DNA of 63,081 bases, filler included, from Hyphochytrium catenoides (GCA_900088475.1; 6 parts of 6 records of this genome joined end to end with filler, not necessarily neighbours in it), one strand, 5' to 3'. Positions 1 to 12,809 are shown, counted from the whole stretch's first letter. Notes: generated by a model from the letters alone, not told the origin. Translations and numbers: made by a program.

Positions 1-728
1 CTCTCTCTCTCTCGCCCTCTCTTTGTTTCATCTCTCTTCCTCTCTCTGTGTCCGTCTCTTTCTCTCTGTTGTTATTACAGCTTTGGATCTCGTGTTGGAA
101 GCTCCTAGCCCTGTCTTCCCTCCTCAGTCAACTGCTTGGTTCTGCTGTGTGCTCTTTAGATGGAGAGCTGATCAAGCGCTTGTCTGTTCTTCTCTCCACT
201 CTCTCTCTCTCTCTCCCCTTCCCTCTCATCATCGCTCTCATGTCTCTATGTCAGACCACATCTTTTCTAAGAAGATCAAGGTCTCCAGCTGAAGAGAGAA
301 AGGAAGACCAAGTTTTCTTCTTTCATCTACCTTTCCGGCCTCTTCTCTTGTTGAGCATCTGACGGTCTGACCGCTTCTCCTGACGTTTTCTTCCTGGTAC
401 TTGGCAGGGCAGGCGCTGCTCAGGGTCGGCATGGAAAGGAGAGAGAGGTCGTCGGCACGAGGCCAAGACAGAGGAAAACGGTTTGTTCTCTCGCTTCTTT
501 TGGCAGGATCGTTTGCTTCTCCAGCGGCTCAGTAAGCTCAGGGTCGTGCATGAATAATAGACAGAGGACGATGAAGCTTGGTTTCTCTCTTGCTATCATC
601 TATTGCTCGTGCTCTCTTTGTCTCCCTCTCTCTCCATCTCTCTTGATCCCTCTCTCTCCATCTCTCTTGATCCCTCTCTCTCTCTCCTTAACCTTCCCTC
701 TCTCTCTCTCTCTCTTTCTTTCTCTCTT

Positions 729-770
<42 letters not shown>

Positions 771-805
771 TGCGTAATAAATAAACTTTCTACGTTCTTA
801 GGCAT

Positions 806-1717
806 TCACTTCTGCTGCTCCTCTTCGCTTCTTCCGGTACGGCTCTTGACGATCTCAAAGGCGTCAAGCACTTTCCCATCCTCGTTCCTAAGCTGTCGAT
901 AGATAAGCTTCTCTCCTCCGATCACCTCCACATAGCCAACACTTTGACTAAGAGTCTCATCTCGGAAGGCTTCCCATTCGTAGACAGTGTCAGGGAAGCC
1001 GTCTGACTCTGCCGTACCGCCACGCCCTAGATAGAAGGAAACAGCCCTTTTTAAGTGAAGGAAAGCGCGAAGAAGAGACTGATGAAGCTTTGCAAGGATG
1101 GTAAGGGAGGCAGAAAGGAAGGCAGAGGGCAGGCAGAGCCGGTGTCATCTCTGTTGACCAGCAGAGGCAGAGTTGATGGCCAGATTAAGAGGAGGAAGAG
1201 AAGAGGTAGTACTCTCAGAGAACGCTGATGAAGCGGGAACAGAGAAGCTTGGGCGGCCAGGAAAGAAGTTAAGAGAGTAAGAAAGAGAGAGAGAGAGAGA
1301 AGAGAGAGTGGGAGAGAGAGAGGAGAGAGAGAGAAAAGAGAGATTCCCTTTCTTCACTCACCTGGCTGGACATGCACCACTCCTTCTGGGTTGGTATAGC
1401 TCTTGCGTTTGACCACTCCTCCTTCTCTCACGGGCCAGCTCCTCTCATAGTGATGAGTGTGACCAGAGACAAAGAGATCGACTTCATGTCTCACCAACAC
1501 TTCTTCAAATGTCCAGCGAAGAAAAGCGCTCTGCCGATCAGAGGCAGAAGTAAGTACTCATAGTGAGAGAACAAGAAGAGAGAGGCAAAGAGAGAGAGGG
1601 GGAGAGAGAGAGGAGAGAAAAGAAAAGGGCGTGGGAGGAAGAGGAGGAGAGCAGGGACATAGAGGGAAAAGAGAGAGAGAGAGTGAGACTGCGGGAGAGA
1701 GAGCGAACAGATAGGGA

Positions 1718-1751
<34 letters not shown>

Positions 1752-4224
1752 TATGTCGGAGACAGGAAGAACAATTTAACGAGAGCAACCTTCTTTCTGC
1801 CGCAGCTAATAGAGGAAGTGAGGTTCTGAAGTCAACAGCTACAGAGAAAACGTCCACTCTGCAGGTGCGGAGTGCATACGCAAGAGAAAATAGGCACATA
1901 GAAAGACAGAGCAGAGGAGAGAGAGATAGAAGACGGAGAGAGGAAAGAGAAAGAAGCTGCGCTGAATCATACAGAGGATAATAATGAAGATAATAATGGT
2001 TCTGTACCTGCGACTGGCACTCTTGGGCCCAAGCGGTATCTCTGGTGCAGTAAAGCCCTCGGTGCCCAATAACCACAATCCAAGGCGTCTCTGTCCGGTT
2101 CACAGCGGCCAAGTCCCTCTCTGTCTCGGCAAAAAGGAAGGAGTGAACAGCCAGAAGCAAAGCACCGAGAACTAAGGAGGGTAAGACGCAGACGATATAG
2201 AGAAGATGTAGGGTGGTGGCAGCAGGAGGCCAGCAGAGAGAGAAGAAGCAAGCCTCCTCCGATAAGAACGACAGATTATAGAAGAAGGAGGCTGAAGGAG
2301 GTCATCTTTCTCTTCCGATGCAAGTTTCCTCTTGTTGAAGAAGGAGAAAGGCTTAGCGAAGTCATAACATGAGTGGTGATAGTAGTCCGGATGATGACAA
2401 ACTCTCTTACCGAGCCACTTGTTCTGTGCATGGTAGCAGCTGTAGAAGACGGCAGGGAAGATGACCGCATCGGTGTGAAGGTAGACGAAGTGGATCCCTG
2501 CGCAGCCAGAAAGAGAATCATCTTTAGGAGGGGAACACTACGCCATGGAGCAGAGATAAGAACCAAGATAGGTGGACTAGACAAGGGAGTAGTGGGAACG
2601 GAGGACAGGAGAAAGAGAGAGAGAGGAAGAGAGAGAGAAAGAACCATTATCCAATAGCTGCAGCAGGCACTTTCTCTCTCCTTCTCTCCTAATTGAGTTC
2701 TCTCTTACCTCTAACATTCCAGCTGAAAAAGAAGGGACTGTTTGAGCCTGAGGCTTTTCCCATATAATTGTTCTGAGAGAAGCGGCATTCAAAGGAGGGA
2801 TAGGATCCGCCCATGAGCTCACTGCCTTCCAGCTCGTGATTGCCAGCGCCAAAGACATAGGGAAGACGAGAGGAGACAGGAGAGAGACGGCGCAAGAAGT
2901 GGTCCCCCTTCTCGCCTTCATCGTCATAGATGGTATAGGCAATGTCTCCAAGATGAATGACAAACTCGGGAGGAGGGAGGAGAAGAGAAGAAGAAGAGGA
3001 AAGAGAAGAGGAAGAAGGAGAAGGCGGTGAGGAGAGCACCATTCGAGTGAGGATCTCAAGGGCGTTGCCTGGACGCTGGATGCCCATGTCTCCAAAGACA
3101 ACAAAGCGCGTGATCGAAGAAGGAGCAGAAGAGAGAGAAGACGAGCTTTCTGTCTCTCCCACGGGGAGTATCGGGAAGAAGTGGAGATAATCTGTCCATT
3201 GTACAGAGCCGTCATCTAGCAGGCTTTGGACAATCTCTCTCTGTTTGAGAAGAGGATGAAGCAGAGAAATATCTGGTCTCTCTCCTCTCTCTTGTCGAAT
3301 GGAAGGGGAGGCTAGAGAGCTTCGGTGGCCTAGAGGAGTAGCAGCAGCAGTGGCTGTGTTCCTCTGTGTTGCCCCTCCTTGCTCCTCCTCGAGCAGTGAC
3401 TTCTCGAGCTTGCCGCGAGAGACTGCGGCGACCTTGTAATAGACGGCACGGCTACTGCTGCTGCTGTTTCTTTCTTCTTCCTGGCCTGAGTCGTCCTCCA
3501 GTCCTAGACCTTGGAGCTGGAGAGAGACGTCAAACATGATGCGAGGGTGGAGGCAGGCCAAGCCGAAAGAATAAGCCAGGTTGGCTTGCTTGCACTTTTC
3601 TCCATCAAACTCTCTTCCTGCACAGAAGAGCACCAAGCCGACAAGTAGGTCACCTGCTTGGCTCGTTCCCTCTCCATGCTCCAGCTTATCTTTCCCAGGG
3701 GCCCGTTCAGCCCTCTTGAGCCAGGTCACAAAGCTAAGAACGTACTCGCTCTCACTGCGACCAAAGCTGAGATGAAGTTGTTCCGGAGGGTGCAAGGGCT
3801 CGCTATTAAAATGGGCGAACGAGCGTGGACGAACTCTACGGCCGACTGTTTCTGTGCTTCTTACCGCTTTGTCTACCAATTTTGGAGGGACCGTCGAAGA
3901 ACGAGTGCGACGGGGAGGAGAGAGAGAGATGTACGGGAGTAGCACGGTCTCCCTTATTGCCTGGGCGCCGAGACAGGACGAACACCTTGTTCCGCCAGTG
4001 GAAGAGAGATAAGTGACAGCGGCAAGAGATGCAAGAGCAAGAAGGCTCAAGAGATAGAGAAAGCGTACGAGAAGAGCAGGGTATCCTCTTCTTCTCACTG
4101 TTGCATCTCTACCCAGGTTCTGTCCCTCCTTATATAGTAGAGAAGATTCTTCTCCCTTGCGCCCGTTAAATTGGACTGCGCGCTCCACTCTCTCTGAAGT
4201 TGACGAATGATGTCTCGCAGGCAT
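806..4224 (-). CDS. Purple acid phosphatase-like metallophosphoesterase (ACP7/PAP family), multi-exon, N-terminal membrane anchor
   Basis: Exon 1 (4224-2709) has PEQLHLS, VFGDMG, HLGDIAY and AGNHE. Later GT-AG exons at ~2497-2411 (IHFVYLHTD..QNKWL), ~2120-2007 (TPWIVVIGHRGLYC), ~1520-1362 (VDLFVSGHTHHYER) and ~1027-806 (ends EEEQQK*) complete the five PAP metal-binding motifs in order. Start codon and one internal junction are uncertain. Confidence 0.85.
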
Positions 4225-4418
4225 TATCCTTCCTTTTCTGCTGCACCTGCTCCCTCTCCCTATTTTCTATATCCACTGAGCAGGCCCTTCTTGCATCGAC
4301 TGTTACCAGCAGCGGAGCTTCAGCAAACTAACGCCCTTGAACTCGTAGGCCACCCACGGCAAAATCTCTCCCTTCTCTTATAACTGTGATCGATGCTACC
4401 TGGTGTTTACGACTAGCA

Positions 4419-4950
4419 TCTAGCAGGTACGGCAAGCCAGACATAGGACGCAGACCTAGGACAGAGCTTCAGACTCACGGTTAGCTTTCGGTTATGATGA
4501 GCGTGGAAGCACGTAAAACGGTGGCACAAGTTCGTCTGAAGCGCTAAGACTCATACTTTGCAAGCGTCGAGTCTTCTCCCTTCTTGAACGGCAAAGCGGG
4601 GGAGTTTTTGTTGTGTGCTGGATTGTAATCGTCGCCATCTAGCACCCTAGCTGCTCAGGCCCCATCTCCCGTCTCTTTGTCTCTCTCCTCACGCGCTCTC
4701 TCTCTCTCCTCACTGAGCATCTACATCACGGATTAAACAGGAGATGCGTCAGACATTCGTCTTGATCTCAGGGCTCTCAATTCTCAACGTCTACAGGCCA
4801 TCATCTCCCTCAACTCTTTTCAGAAGACAGATAAGAAGGGCACTAAACCCCTAAACCCCAGGCAGCAGGTGACGATGATGATGAGACCAGCTTCGGTAAG
4901 ACTTATAAAGTAGGATAGAGCCCGTCTATTATTTATAGGATAGACAACAA
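4419..4950 (+). mobile_element. Diverged copy A of a ~0.55-kb repeat, putative non-autonomous Helitron (3' end not recognisable)
   Basis: Starts A|TCTA. Shares colinear blocks with the reverse complement of 9260-9822: ATAGGAC, CAGAGCTTC, GTTTT..GTGTG, TACAG(g/a)CCA(t/g)CA, GAAGG.C.CTAAACCC.TAAA, GACCA..TAAG.CTT and TTTAT..GAT.GA.CAA. Confidence 0.4.
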
Positions 4951-6359
4951 GATCCCTATCATCTTGGAGAGAAGAGGAGAAGACGGAAGAGATAGAAGGT
5001 TGCGTAGTAGCGAGGACGACTATGTGCGAGGAGGAGGGAGGAGAGCAGTCTCAGTTCCACTAGTCCCCTGCCCTGTCTGGCCCCAGCCTCCAAGTCGTTC
5101 TCCTCTCTTTTCAAACCCACACTGCCCAAGAACTTGTCTCTGACGTTATGTCACGAGGCAGGCAGCTGCCCTGTCGCACCAGTCGCTCTCTAGCTCATCT
5201 CGTGCTACTTGTGCCTGCTGCTGGTGGGTGGCGGCTACCGCTGCTGCTGCTATTGCTACTATTCTTCTAGGGATAGCTGCTCCTTCTGGAAGCTGTTGCT
5301 GGGTCCTCCTGTTGCATGAGAGAACGGCGGCTGAGTGAGAGGCGGGGAGGCTGAGTGCAGCAGCAGCAGCAGCAGCAGGAGGAGGAGAAGGAGGAGGAAG
5401 AAGGAGCATGAGTGCATGAGGAAGAGCAGGAGAGAAAAGAATTTGAGGCCGGATCTGAGGGCAGAGCAAGGTTCCCCTCAAGATTCTCAACCATTAAAAA
5501 GCTATTCCTCACTTGGGCGATTTCCCTTCTTTAAGTCTCATAGACGTTAGAGGAGGAGATGGATTGCTTCATTACAAATATAATGGTCTTTTAGACATTG
5601 GTCATTACCATAACTTCTGACGTCGACTTTTGGCTGTGGGAATCCCCTATTCTACCAATCTGTTGTTTATAAACCTTTATGTGAGGATCAAAGAGAGGAA
5701 GGGAGAGAGAGAGAGAGNNNNNNNNNNNNNNNNNNNNNNNNNNNNNNNNNNNNNNNNAGAGAGAGAGAGAGAGAGAGAGAGTGACCGCGAGAGAGACTAA
5801 GAGAAAGAGGGAGAGTGAGAGAGAGTGAGAGAGAAAGAGAGAGAGAGAAAAAGATATATATATATAGAGAGAGAGAGAAACTGCAGCAAGCGGGAAACAC
5901 AGAGGGAGAGTAAATTATTTATAATGGACAGAGAGAGGAGAGAAAGACAGACTTTAGAGGACGTAAGAGCATCAAGAAGAGAACGACATGCAGACCAAAA
6001 AGAGCCGAGAAAAGAAAAAGATCAAAAGATCAAAAGCGTGAGAAGAGAGAATAATCGAAGCTGCTAGAAACAGAAAGGGACAACAGCGAAGAAAGAGCAG
6101 CCACGAGAACGGCCGAAACACAGTGGTTGAGCGCACAAATCAGATGAGAAACAGTTCTCATTTCTCATTATTATGAGGAAGACTCATTAGATGATTGTGC
6201 ATGGACGACAAGCTCTTTGGGGCAATGTAGCAAGCAACGAACTGAGACCAGAGGAGCGATAGAGAGACCGGCCATGAGGGAGATTTCCTAATGGGCAGGA
6301 ACAGATTCCTCTGCCGGCGGCGCTTCGAGACATCGTCTTTTCTTCTCCTGGCCTTCTTC

Positions 6360-7350
6360 TAATCACGTTCGTTAGCCCTGTAGAGCTTCTTAGAGATCAT
6401 GACAGGTTCAAGTTGTATGAAAGAGGAACACAATCTCCAGTTTATCTGCTGCCCCATATTTCTGCAGCTTGCAGCATATGAATGATTGCCTTGTGCTGCC
6501 ACTGACCTCGAAGCCAAGATGTCTTTCATTTGTCCCTCGTCCATGCCAGTGCTTGCCTCGTTGAAGTGACAAATATGTGGTCTAAACAAGCCCTTGCTGA
6601 CGGTTATGATGATCAAGAGTCATATGAGCTCAGCAACGTGTCGCATAGATAAGAAGAGATTCTCTGATACTTCCGATTGGCAAACCTTATGCCAGTCCGA
6701 TGAAAGATCTCCGTTTGGCAAAGAGTCTGTGCCATTTGTCCGTATGCCAGGCGTGCCAAGGGTGCTTCCCAATGGTGCTATCAAGAGCCTTACTTGTGGC
6801 TTTCTTTTACCTTCCAAACTAGTGTCATCGAGACCTTAAATGGCAATATCGAGGTGGAAGCTGTCGCTATTAGGGCGAGTCATCTTCTCCTGGAGTCTCC
6901 TCTTCGGCAGTCAAGATCCTTAAAGACTCGAACCACCTCATTAGCCTACTCCTCTAGCTTAGGCTGGGCTACACTGGTGTGGCACTGGCAGCGACGAAAG
7001 ACGTGGTAATGCTCCGTATCACCGCTCAAGCCGTGTAGGCAAGAAGAGCAGGGGAGTGAGTAAGCCTCAAACTGTCATGAAAGAGCGAACGTGGAAGAGC
7101 ACTTGAGAGGATGTGAACGTGGACACGTGGTCGCACTCTTCCGCTGGAGCCATGGGCAATTAATAAGACAAAGCCAGGTAGTAGAGCGCGTCTGCTTCAC
7201 AAGAAGGGTAGAAAGCTGCTGGGTAAGGACGCCAGAGAACTTCGCACCAAGGCTCAATCAACTCTTCTCATATTGAGACGCTGATGTGTCGCTACCGCGA
7301 GATAGCAAGCTGTGTGTACGATCTTTCATCCCATTGCGGAGAAGTGTTGG
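6360..7350 (-). pseudogene. Decayed pogo/Tigger-like (CENP-B HTH + DDE_1) transposase relic
   Basis: Colinear motif fragments across stops and frameshifts: YPSCEADALY/TWL (HTH_Tnp_Tc5-like), HTSVAQPKLEE, GLDDTSL (cf. NxDETGL), KPQVRLLIA, NEASTGMDE, KLEIVFLFHTT (cf. IVFLPPHTT), LEPVMISKKLYR. No TIRs identified. Confidence 0.35.
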
Positions 7351-7581
7351 CAGGGTCAAGAAGGGACATACGTCGCGCCGCCGGCAAGAACAAACGCATG
7401 TGCTCAATGGTGAATCTTTGTCATTATCAAATAAATAGGTGGCTTATTATATAGCGTTCATAATAATAGCAAGGCAAGTGATCGCCTCTTATAGAAAGAT
7501 AGGGAGAAGAAGAGGATAGGAAGGAACAAGTCAGGGATGTGCTAAGGTTACAAGGATTTTCTAAGGTGAGGAGATGCCTTT

Positions 7582-8241
7582 CTAATAGTGCTGTAGGAGC
7601 TTGCTGATGTCAAAGCTCATGATGTTATGGTCCTCGAGAGGAAGAGATGAAGAGTCATGCTGGTTGCTGAAGAGGTCATCAAACTCTGGCATATCGCTGA
7701 GTTCCTTTTGCGAATACTGATGTTGATCCTTCTGCATTGACAGAGGATCATCCTCGTCGTTGATGGTTATAAGGAGAGAGATAGCTTCCATCAAGTCTGG
7801 GTTGACCGGACCAGTGGTTGGCTCTGGAATGGCGCTAAAAGGTTCATACTCCACTGAGTCTGACGGAGAGGATGGAATGCTGCCAGCTGAGGCTGTGCTG
7901 CTGGTCGCAGAGACATTCTTCATAGCGTTAGCAGCCCCTGGGGTGGTGGTGCTTGAGGAAGATCGTCTCTTCCTGCCTGCGCATTTCGGGCACTTGGCCC
8001 CTGCGTACTGAGCGAGATGGTTGTGGCAGACAACGCACCACCTCTTCAAATGCTGAGGAAGGTGCTTTGTGCAGTACTTATTCTCTCCGCCTCGTCTAGC
8101 AAACTTGGCACAGTTATGGTACTGGCACTTTTGATGCTTGGAAGAGGGTGCACCGCTGCTGCCTGGTGCCTTTCTCTTGTTCGTGTGCTGAGGCGCAGCG
8201 GAGAAAGTGAAAGGTGTGGAGGTCATGGTTGGAAGTCCCAT
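7582..8241 (-). CDS. Single-exon Cys/His zinc-finger protein (WRKY19-like finger + C4 motif, acidic tail); putative transcription factor
   Basis: 219-aa ATG ORF with CQYHNCAKFARRGGENKYCTKH (Cx4CxKxAxxGG..CxxH), then CVVC-x11-CPKC, basic NLS-like KRK and RKRR, and an acidic C-terminus. Confidence 0.6.
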   Translation of the reverse strand: MGLPTMTSTPFTFSAAPQHTNKRKAPGSSGAPSSKHQKCQYHNCAKFARRGGENKYCTKHLPQHLKRWCVVCHNHLAQYAGAKCPKCAGRKRRSSSSTTTPGAANAMKNVSATSSTASAGSIPSSPSDSVEYEPFSAIPEPTTGPVNPDLMEAISLLITINDEDDPLSMQKDQHQYSQKELSDMPEFDDLFSNQHDSSSLPLEDHNIMSFDISKLLQHY

Positions 8242-9259
8242 GCTCTGGTCTGTTGTTCTGTAGTAGGGGATTGTTCTTGGTAAGGAGTCTATCTTTCCTT
8301 CTTAAGCGTCTCTGCTTTGAAGACTGAGCGTCGCTATAGATGTTCTTGTCGCTTTTCGGGTATGCAGAAAGTTGGATTCTGATTGAGGTCTGGACAAGTG
8401 TCCGTCAAACGCTTCGAAGGCTAGCCAGTTCGGTCTTCTGGCAGAACGCTTCCGAATGAAGCAGAAGGAAATAAGTAACAGATTAGATGGCAAGACAAAA
8501 GGGGACGGAAGAGATAGGGAAGAGGAGACTTGAAACACTGAGCGGTGTCGTCTCGGGGTTACTTCTCTTCTTTACGTGGCACTGGCTGTCGCCGCAACGA
8601 CTGGTAGATGGATAAACGCAGTGTTGTTAGCCTTGAACTGGTAGATGGTAAGGGGCTTTGAGGAAGAGAGAGGAAGTCGGTCGTGGTGGAAAGGGTCTTT
8701 AAAAGTTGCTTTGCTCGCTAGCGAGGACTTTGTTTTATGTGAAAGGATGGTTCGCTCGTTCTTTGTCATCGCACTGGTAAGAAGAGCTCTTGCATCTCTC
8801 TCTTCTCCCCTTTTCCCCTTCAAGCGGCGGCTCTGTGGCCAGACTTACCGCTCGCAAGGCGGGCCAGGAGGGTCTGAGCGGTGGTGGCAGGACCTTTCAA
8901 AGGCAACCAGCGGTGACCGATGACGATAGGTGCGTTCAAGAGAAAGAGAGGTGTCCAGTAACCATAAAAGAACCGGGGAAGATATAAGAATCCACAGNNN
9001 NNNNNNNNNNNNNNNNNNNNNNNNNGCCTTGTAATCAAAGTCCCGTCATTGTGGTGAGAAAACGGCGACAGAACAGCTCTAGCGAGGGCTAAACATCAAC
9101 TTCAACACTGTCCTAGCTTTTCTATAGGCGATTTTCCCAGATCAAACCTACAAACCGTCCCGTTCTAGCAGAACTAAACTCCTATAGTTATTGTTAACGG
9201 AAAAGGACGAGGGGAAATCGCTTGTTCTAAATGAGGAAGCGAGGATTCTAGGTATATAA

Positions 9260-9822
9260 CTATGAAAGAATAGCCCGTGCGATCCGCGGCAATATCCCTA
9301 GATCCCCATTTCCATCGAGCTGACCAATCAGAGAGCCTCATTTTTGGACGAGGAACTCTGTCCCATGTCCAAACTGATAAAACAAGGTTTCGTTCTCAAC
9401 GAACAGTAACGTCGAACTCGCTTTCACACTACCCCGTTTGATCAATCTGAATAAAAAACCAAAATCGCCCTTTGGCATATTCAAGCTTAGCAAAGTTGAG
9501 GGTGGTCGACCAGGCTAACAAGGTCAGCCCTTTCTTAGACCTTTAGGGTTTAGGGCCTTCAGATAGGCGGCAAGAGGGTTCTGGTCTGCTGGTCTGTACT
9601 TCTCTACAGATATGAGACAGAGCATAGAGAGGTCTATCTAGGAAAGGGCCGAAGGCACCGCAACCACCATTTACTTAGGTCTTCAACTCTGAACACACCA
9701 GACAAAACGTTGGAACGGACCTGAGGGAAAGTAACGGAAAAAATGAATTGTTTCCTAGGAAGCTCTGCAAGCCAGCGCGGGTCCTATCTTATGCTTTTAT
9801 AGTGGGTAGAGTGGTCGATAGA
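9260..9822 (-). mobile_element. Copy B, putative non-autonomous Helitron (~563 bp)
   Basis: Minus strand begins A|TCTATCGACCACTCTACCCACTATAAAAGC. It ends with a GC-rich imperfect hairpin CCGCGGATCGCACGGG followed by ctattctttCATAG|T (degenerate CTAG, AT target). Homologous to 4419-4950. Confidence 0.5.
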
Positions 9823-12809
9823 TGGAATTTACGGATTCTTTCCTTGCAAAGAAAGTGGGGAACAAAGAAGCAGGGCCAGGTTCTTCTTAGTCGTTTCCCC
9901 TCTCTTCCTGCCCTGGTTTGGGCCAATGGGAGAAATAGGAAAGGGAGAGGAATGTTCTCGACTTCCTGTTTCCTAGGTCTCTAACACTCAAAAGCCTTCA
10001 GAAGTGTACCGTTACATACAAAATGACTCAAAAGCGAGACAAAGAAGCGATGACAAGACCCACTCTTTGCTCCCTATTTTTATTAGGTTATTGAAGGGCC
10101 TTATTTATCGTTTAGAACAGTATCTTCCTAGTTTCCTGTTGTTAGATAATCCCATGCACCTGCATCATAACATAAAGATCGCCTAACCGTCCTACCAAGG
10201 GTCCATTCTGTGGTGATAGGGCAAGGGAGTGGCAGACAGAGGCGGTCCATTGGCAAGGAAGAGCTGTCTTCTTATTACTAAAAAAAGTGCTACATGATGA
10301 GAAGAGATATACGACAAGGTGGTGAAGAGATGTTCAAGAAGGAGAAGGGATGGAGTTAAAGTGTAAGATTCACCCTACTTCCTACCTCTTTGGACGTCAG
10401 GGTTGGCTTTCTTCAATGATGCATCCTCTTCTCTTTCCTCTTCCCCCTCTCTCCTCTCTTTGTCTCTGTGTGTGTCTCTCTCTCTCTTCTTACTCTCTCT
10501 CTCTCTTCTCCTACAAACGATTGTCCGTTATTGACAAAGAAAAAGTGCATGAGACTCACAAAGAACTTCGACGAAGGGCGGCCTATCTCTTTAGCCCAAC
10601 GTAACTCTGGCAAGCCCATGATTGCTCCCACTCTGCGACCTCATTGCATTGGCTGGTTCAGATGTTGACTGCTTTTGGCGGCATTTTCCGACGCCACAAG
10701 GGGCAGTCGAACCTCTTCATCGTTCCTAGCTCCTCATGATGATCTATGAGGCATGCGCTCGTGCCACCAGTCATTCTTGACTAGAGAGAGAAAACGGCCA
10801 GAGAGGAGGATCAACCTCGTGAGGCCACGCTCTCTCGTCCTGAAGGCGCCATTGCGCAGCTGCAGCTGTTATCGACAGGCTAAAGAGGCTCGGTAGGAAT
10901 ATCTGAGCTCTCCATAAAGAGCCAACAGAAGTCATCACTGGTTGAATGGCTGGCCTAGATAACCCCAACAATGAGGGGTCCCGGTTGACGTCCGTTTATA
11001 CTACCGCTAGACACTAGGACTCCGCACGGCACTTTTGTTGGCCCTCCGGGGTGTCAAGTCACTACCATCCACAGCGCCACTTCTTGGCGTTGGACTAAAA
11101 ACTGGCCAAACAGCTGGTGGCCGATGCGCTGGCAGTTCTGCTGGCATGGCTCTTGCCATTATACCTCTCAAGAGGGAAAAGCAGCAAGCATAGGAGGACT
11201 GAAGAGTCACGAAAGCTGATTGGGCCACGCCGCTTTCCACAAGGCTAGGCTTATGTACTTTATGGCAAAGAACAACTGCATGTCGGTCGGACTCAACAGT
11301 CGTCAGCTCAACCTCGCGCTTCCAGGAAGTTCTATTATTACTGTCTTTGGCTTGATAATGAATCACTAGGATTACTCGTACCTGCGAGATAATTCCTGGG
11401 GTCTTCTATGACGGGCTGCGGTACAACCAACAAGCAACAGTGATCCGTTGTTGGAGCTAAGATGCAGCGGTTGTGGCGAAAAGTCTGCCTGCGAGGGCCG
11501 CGGAGGCATGTCGAGATGATGCAGACTAGGCCATTCGAGACCTCCATTTATAACCGTAGACGCCGGTCTGGAACATGAGGCAACAAGGGAAAAGAACCTT
11601 CAGATTATCCTTCCTCTACCGCCCATAAATAATGGCCAAGAGTCTCCTTCTAGGCTGCGCTGTAATGACCAAGTCAGGCTTGAAGTGAGGAAAGGAGTAA
11701 CGCGCGTATCATCAAAGGCGGACTGATGAGTCTGGGTAGAGATGCTTCCAAATGCATAGACAGAGTACTTTCTTGGTAATGAGGAGCGTACCAGAGAACT
11801 GCGCTGTCGTTTCGTTACCGTTACTGCCGCTGTTTCTACTTTGCCTTTGTCCACCAACAATCTGCATCACAGAAAAGAGAAGAGAAGAGATAATAAATTC
11901 TAGAACACTCGAGGAGAAGCAGCAGGCAGCAGTGGGAAAGGAGGTACAGCTGAACAAAGGATGAGATGGGGATGGGGCCAATAAGTACCATAATAATAGG
12001 AAACTTTCTTATCTGCCTCGGAATCAACCCTAACGAGAACCTCGTGGCTTACTACCACCCTCTGCTGGCAGCAAGTGCCATCAACAAGATAAGAACCCCA
12101 GTTGCTCTGCAGCTGGCTGTTGCCTGCCGCAGAAAGAAGAAGAACGGGATTCTTATTATCGAGCTTCTTTGTCCTGCCACCGTAACGTTAGTCTTCCTTT
12201 CTTCCTCCTTGATAGGCTGCTTATGCACAGATACCTACCAGTTTCGTGGCTGCTTATCGCTCAGCACTTCTTGGTCTTCTTTTCTTGCCACCATGACGGT
12301 GGTGGCAACAATAATAGAAGCATGGCTTATTCCGTTAATCAGCGTTTTCATAATAGCTCCCATGCTGCCCTTCTTCTCTACCTGCCCATCGCAACGTTTC
12401 CTTTCTTGTTGATGATGTTCTTTATGGGCGGGCCTCCTCTACTACCGCTTCTGGTCTTATGTTGTCAAGGTGGGGGTTTCTAGCATATGATCTGCAGTAC
12501 TACTCCGTTCGCTTTTGCATCATACAGACATTGTACCGCAGATAGATACCATCATGGTCAGCCGTCGGCTATGAGAGACGGTAGCCTTCCGCTTAGCTCA
12601 TGACCTTCTCTCATCCAAGAAGCACGCTCTGCTCCTAGTAGCTTACGTTATCATGGACGAGAGACGGACTTCATTTCTTTTTATGGCCGTTTAGCAGAAA
12701 AAAGAAAGTTGCCCGTGGTGCTGGGGGGGAACATACTTGCATCATGGTACTAATCCCACGCCCTGCTCCTTGCTCATTCTCAGAGCACCACCAACCCAAC
12801 GATGTTGTT

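Noticed and set aside
1-780. Possible 3' end of a + strand gene
   Set aside because: No recognisable motif, several frames equally open, and no consistent splice model.
5146-6100. Short ORFs over CAG/GAG/AG repeats
   Set aside because: Low-complexity translations with no domain signal.
11200-11400. Copia GAG-pre-integrase/integrase-like words (LGHAAF..MAKNN..VGL; YYCLWLD)
   Set aside because: Spacing too short, and no CxxC, RT or LTR evidence.
11700-12600. Scattered minus-strand fragments resembling decayed WRKY19-type fingers (HRHGGKKR, LCIWKH)
   Set aside because: Too short and frame-scattered to distinguish from chance.
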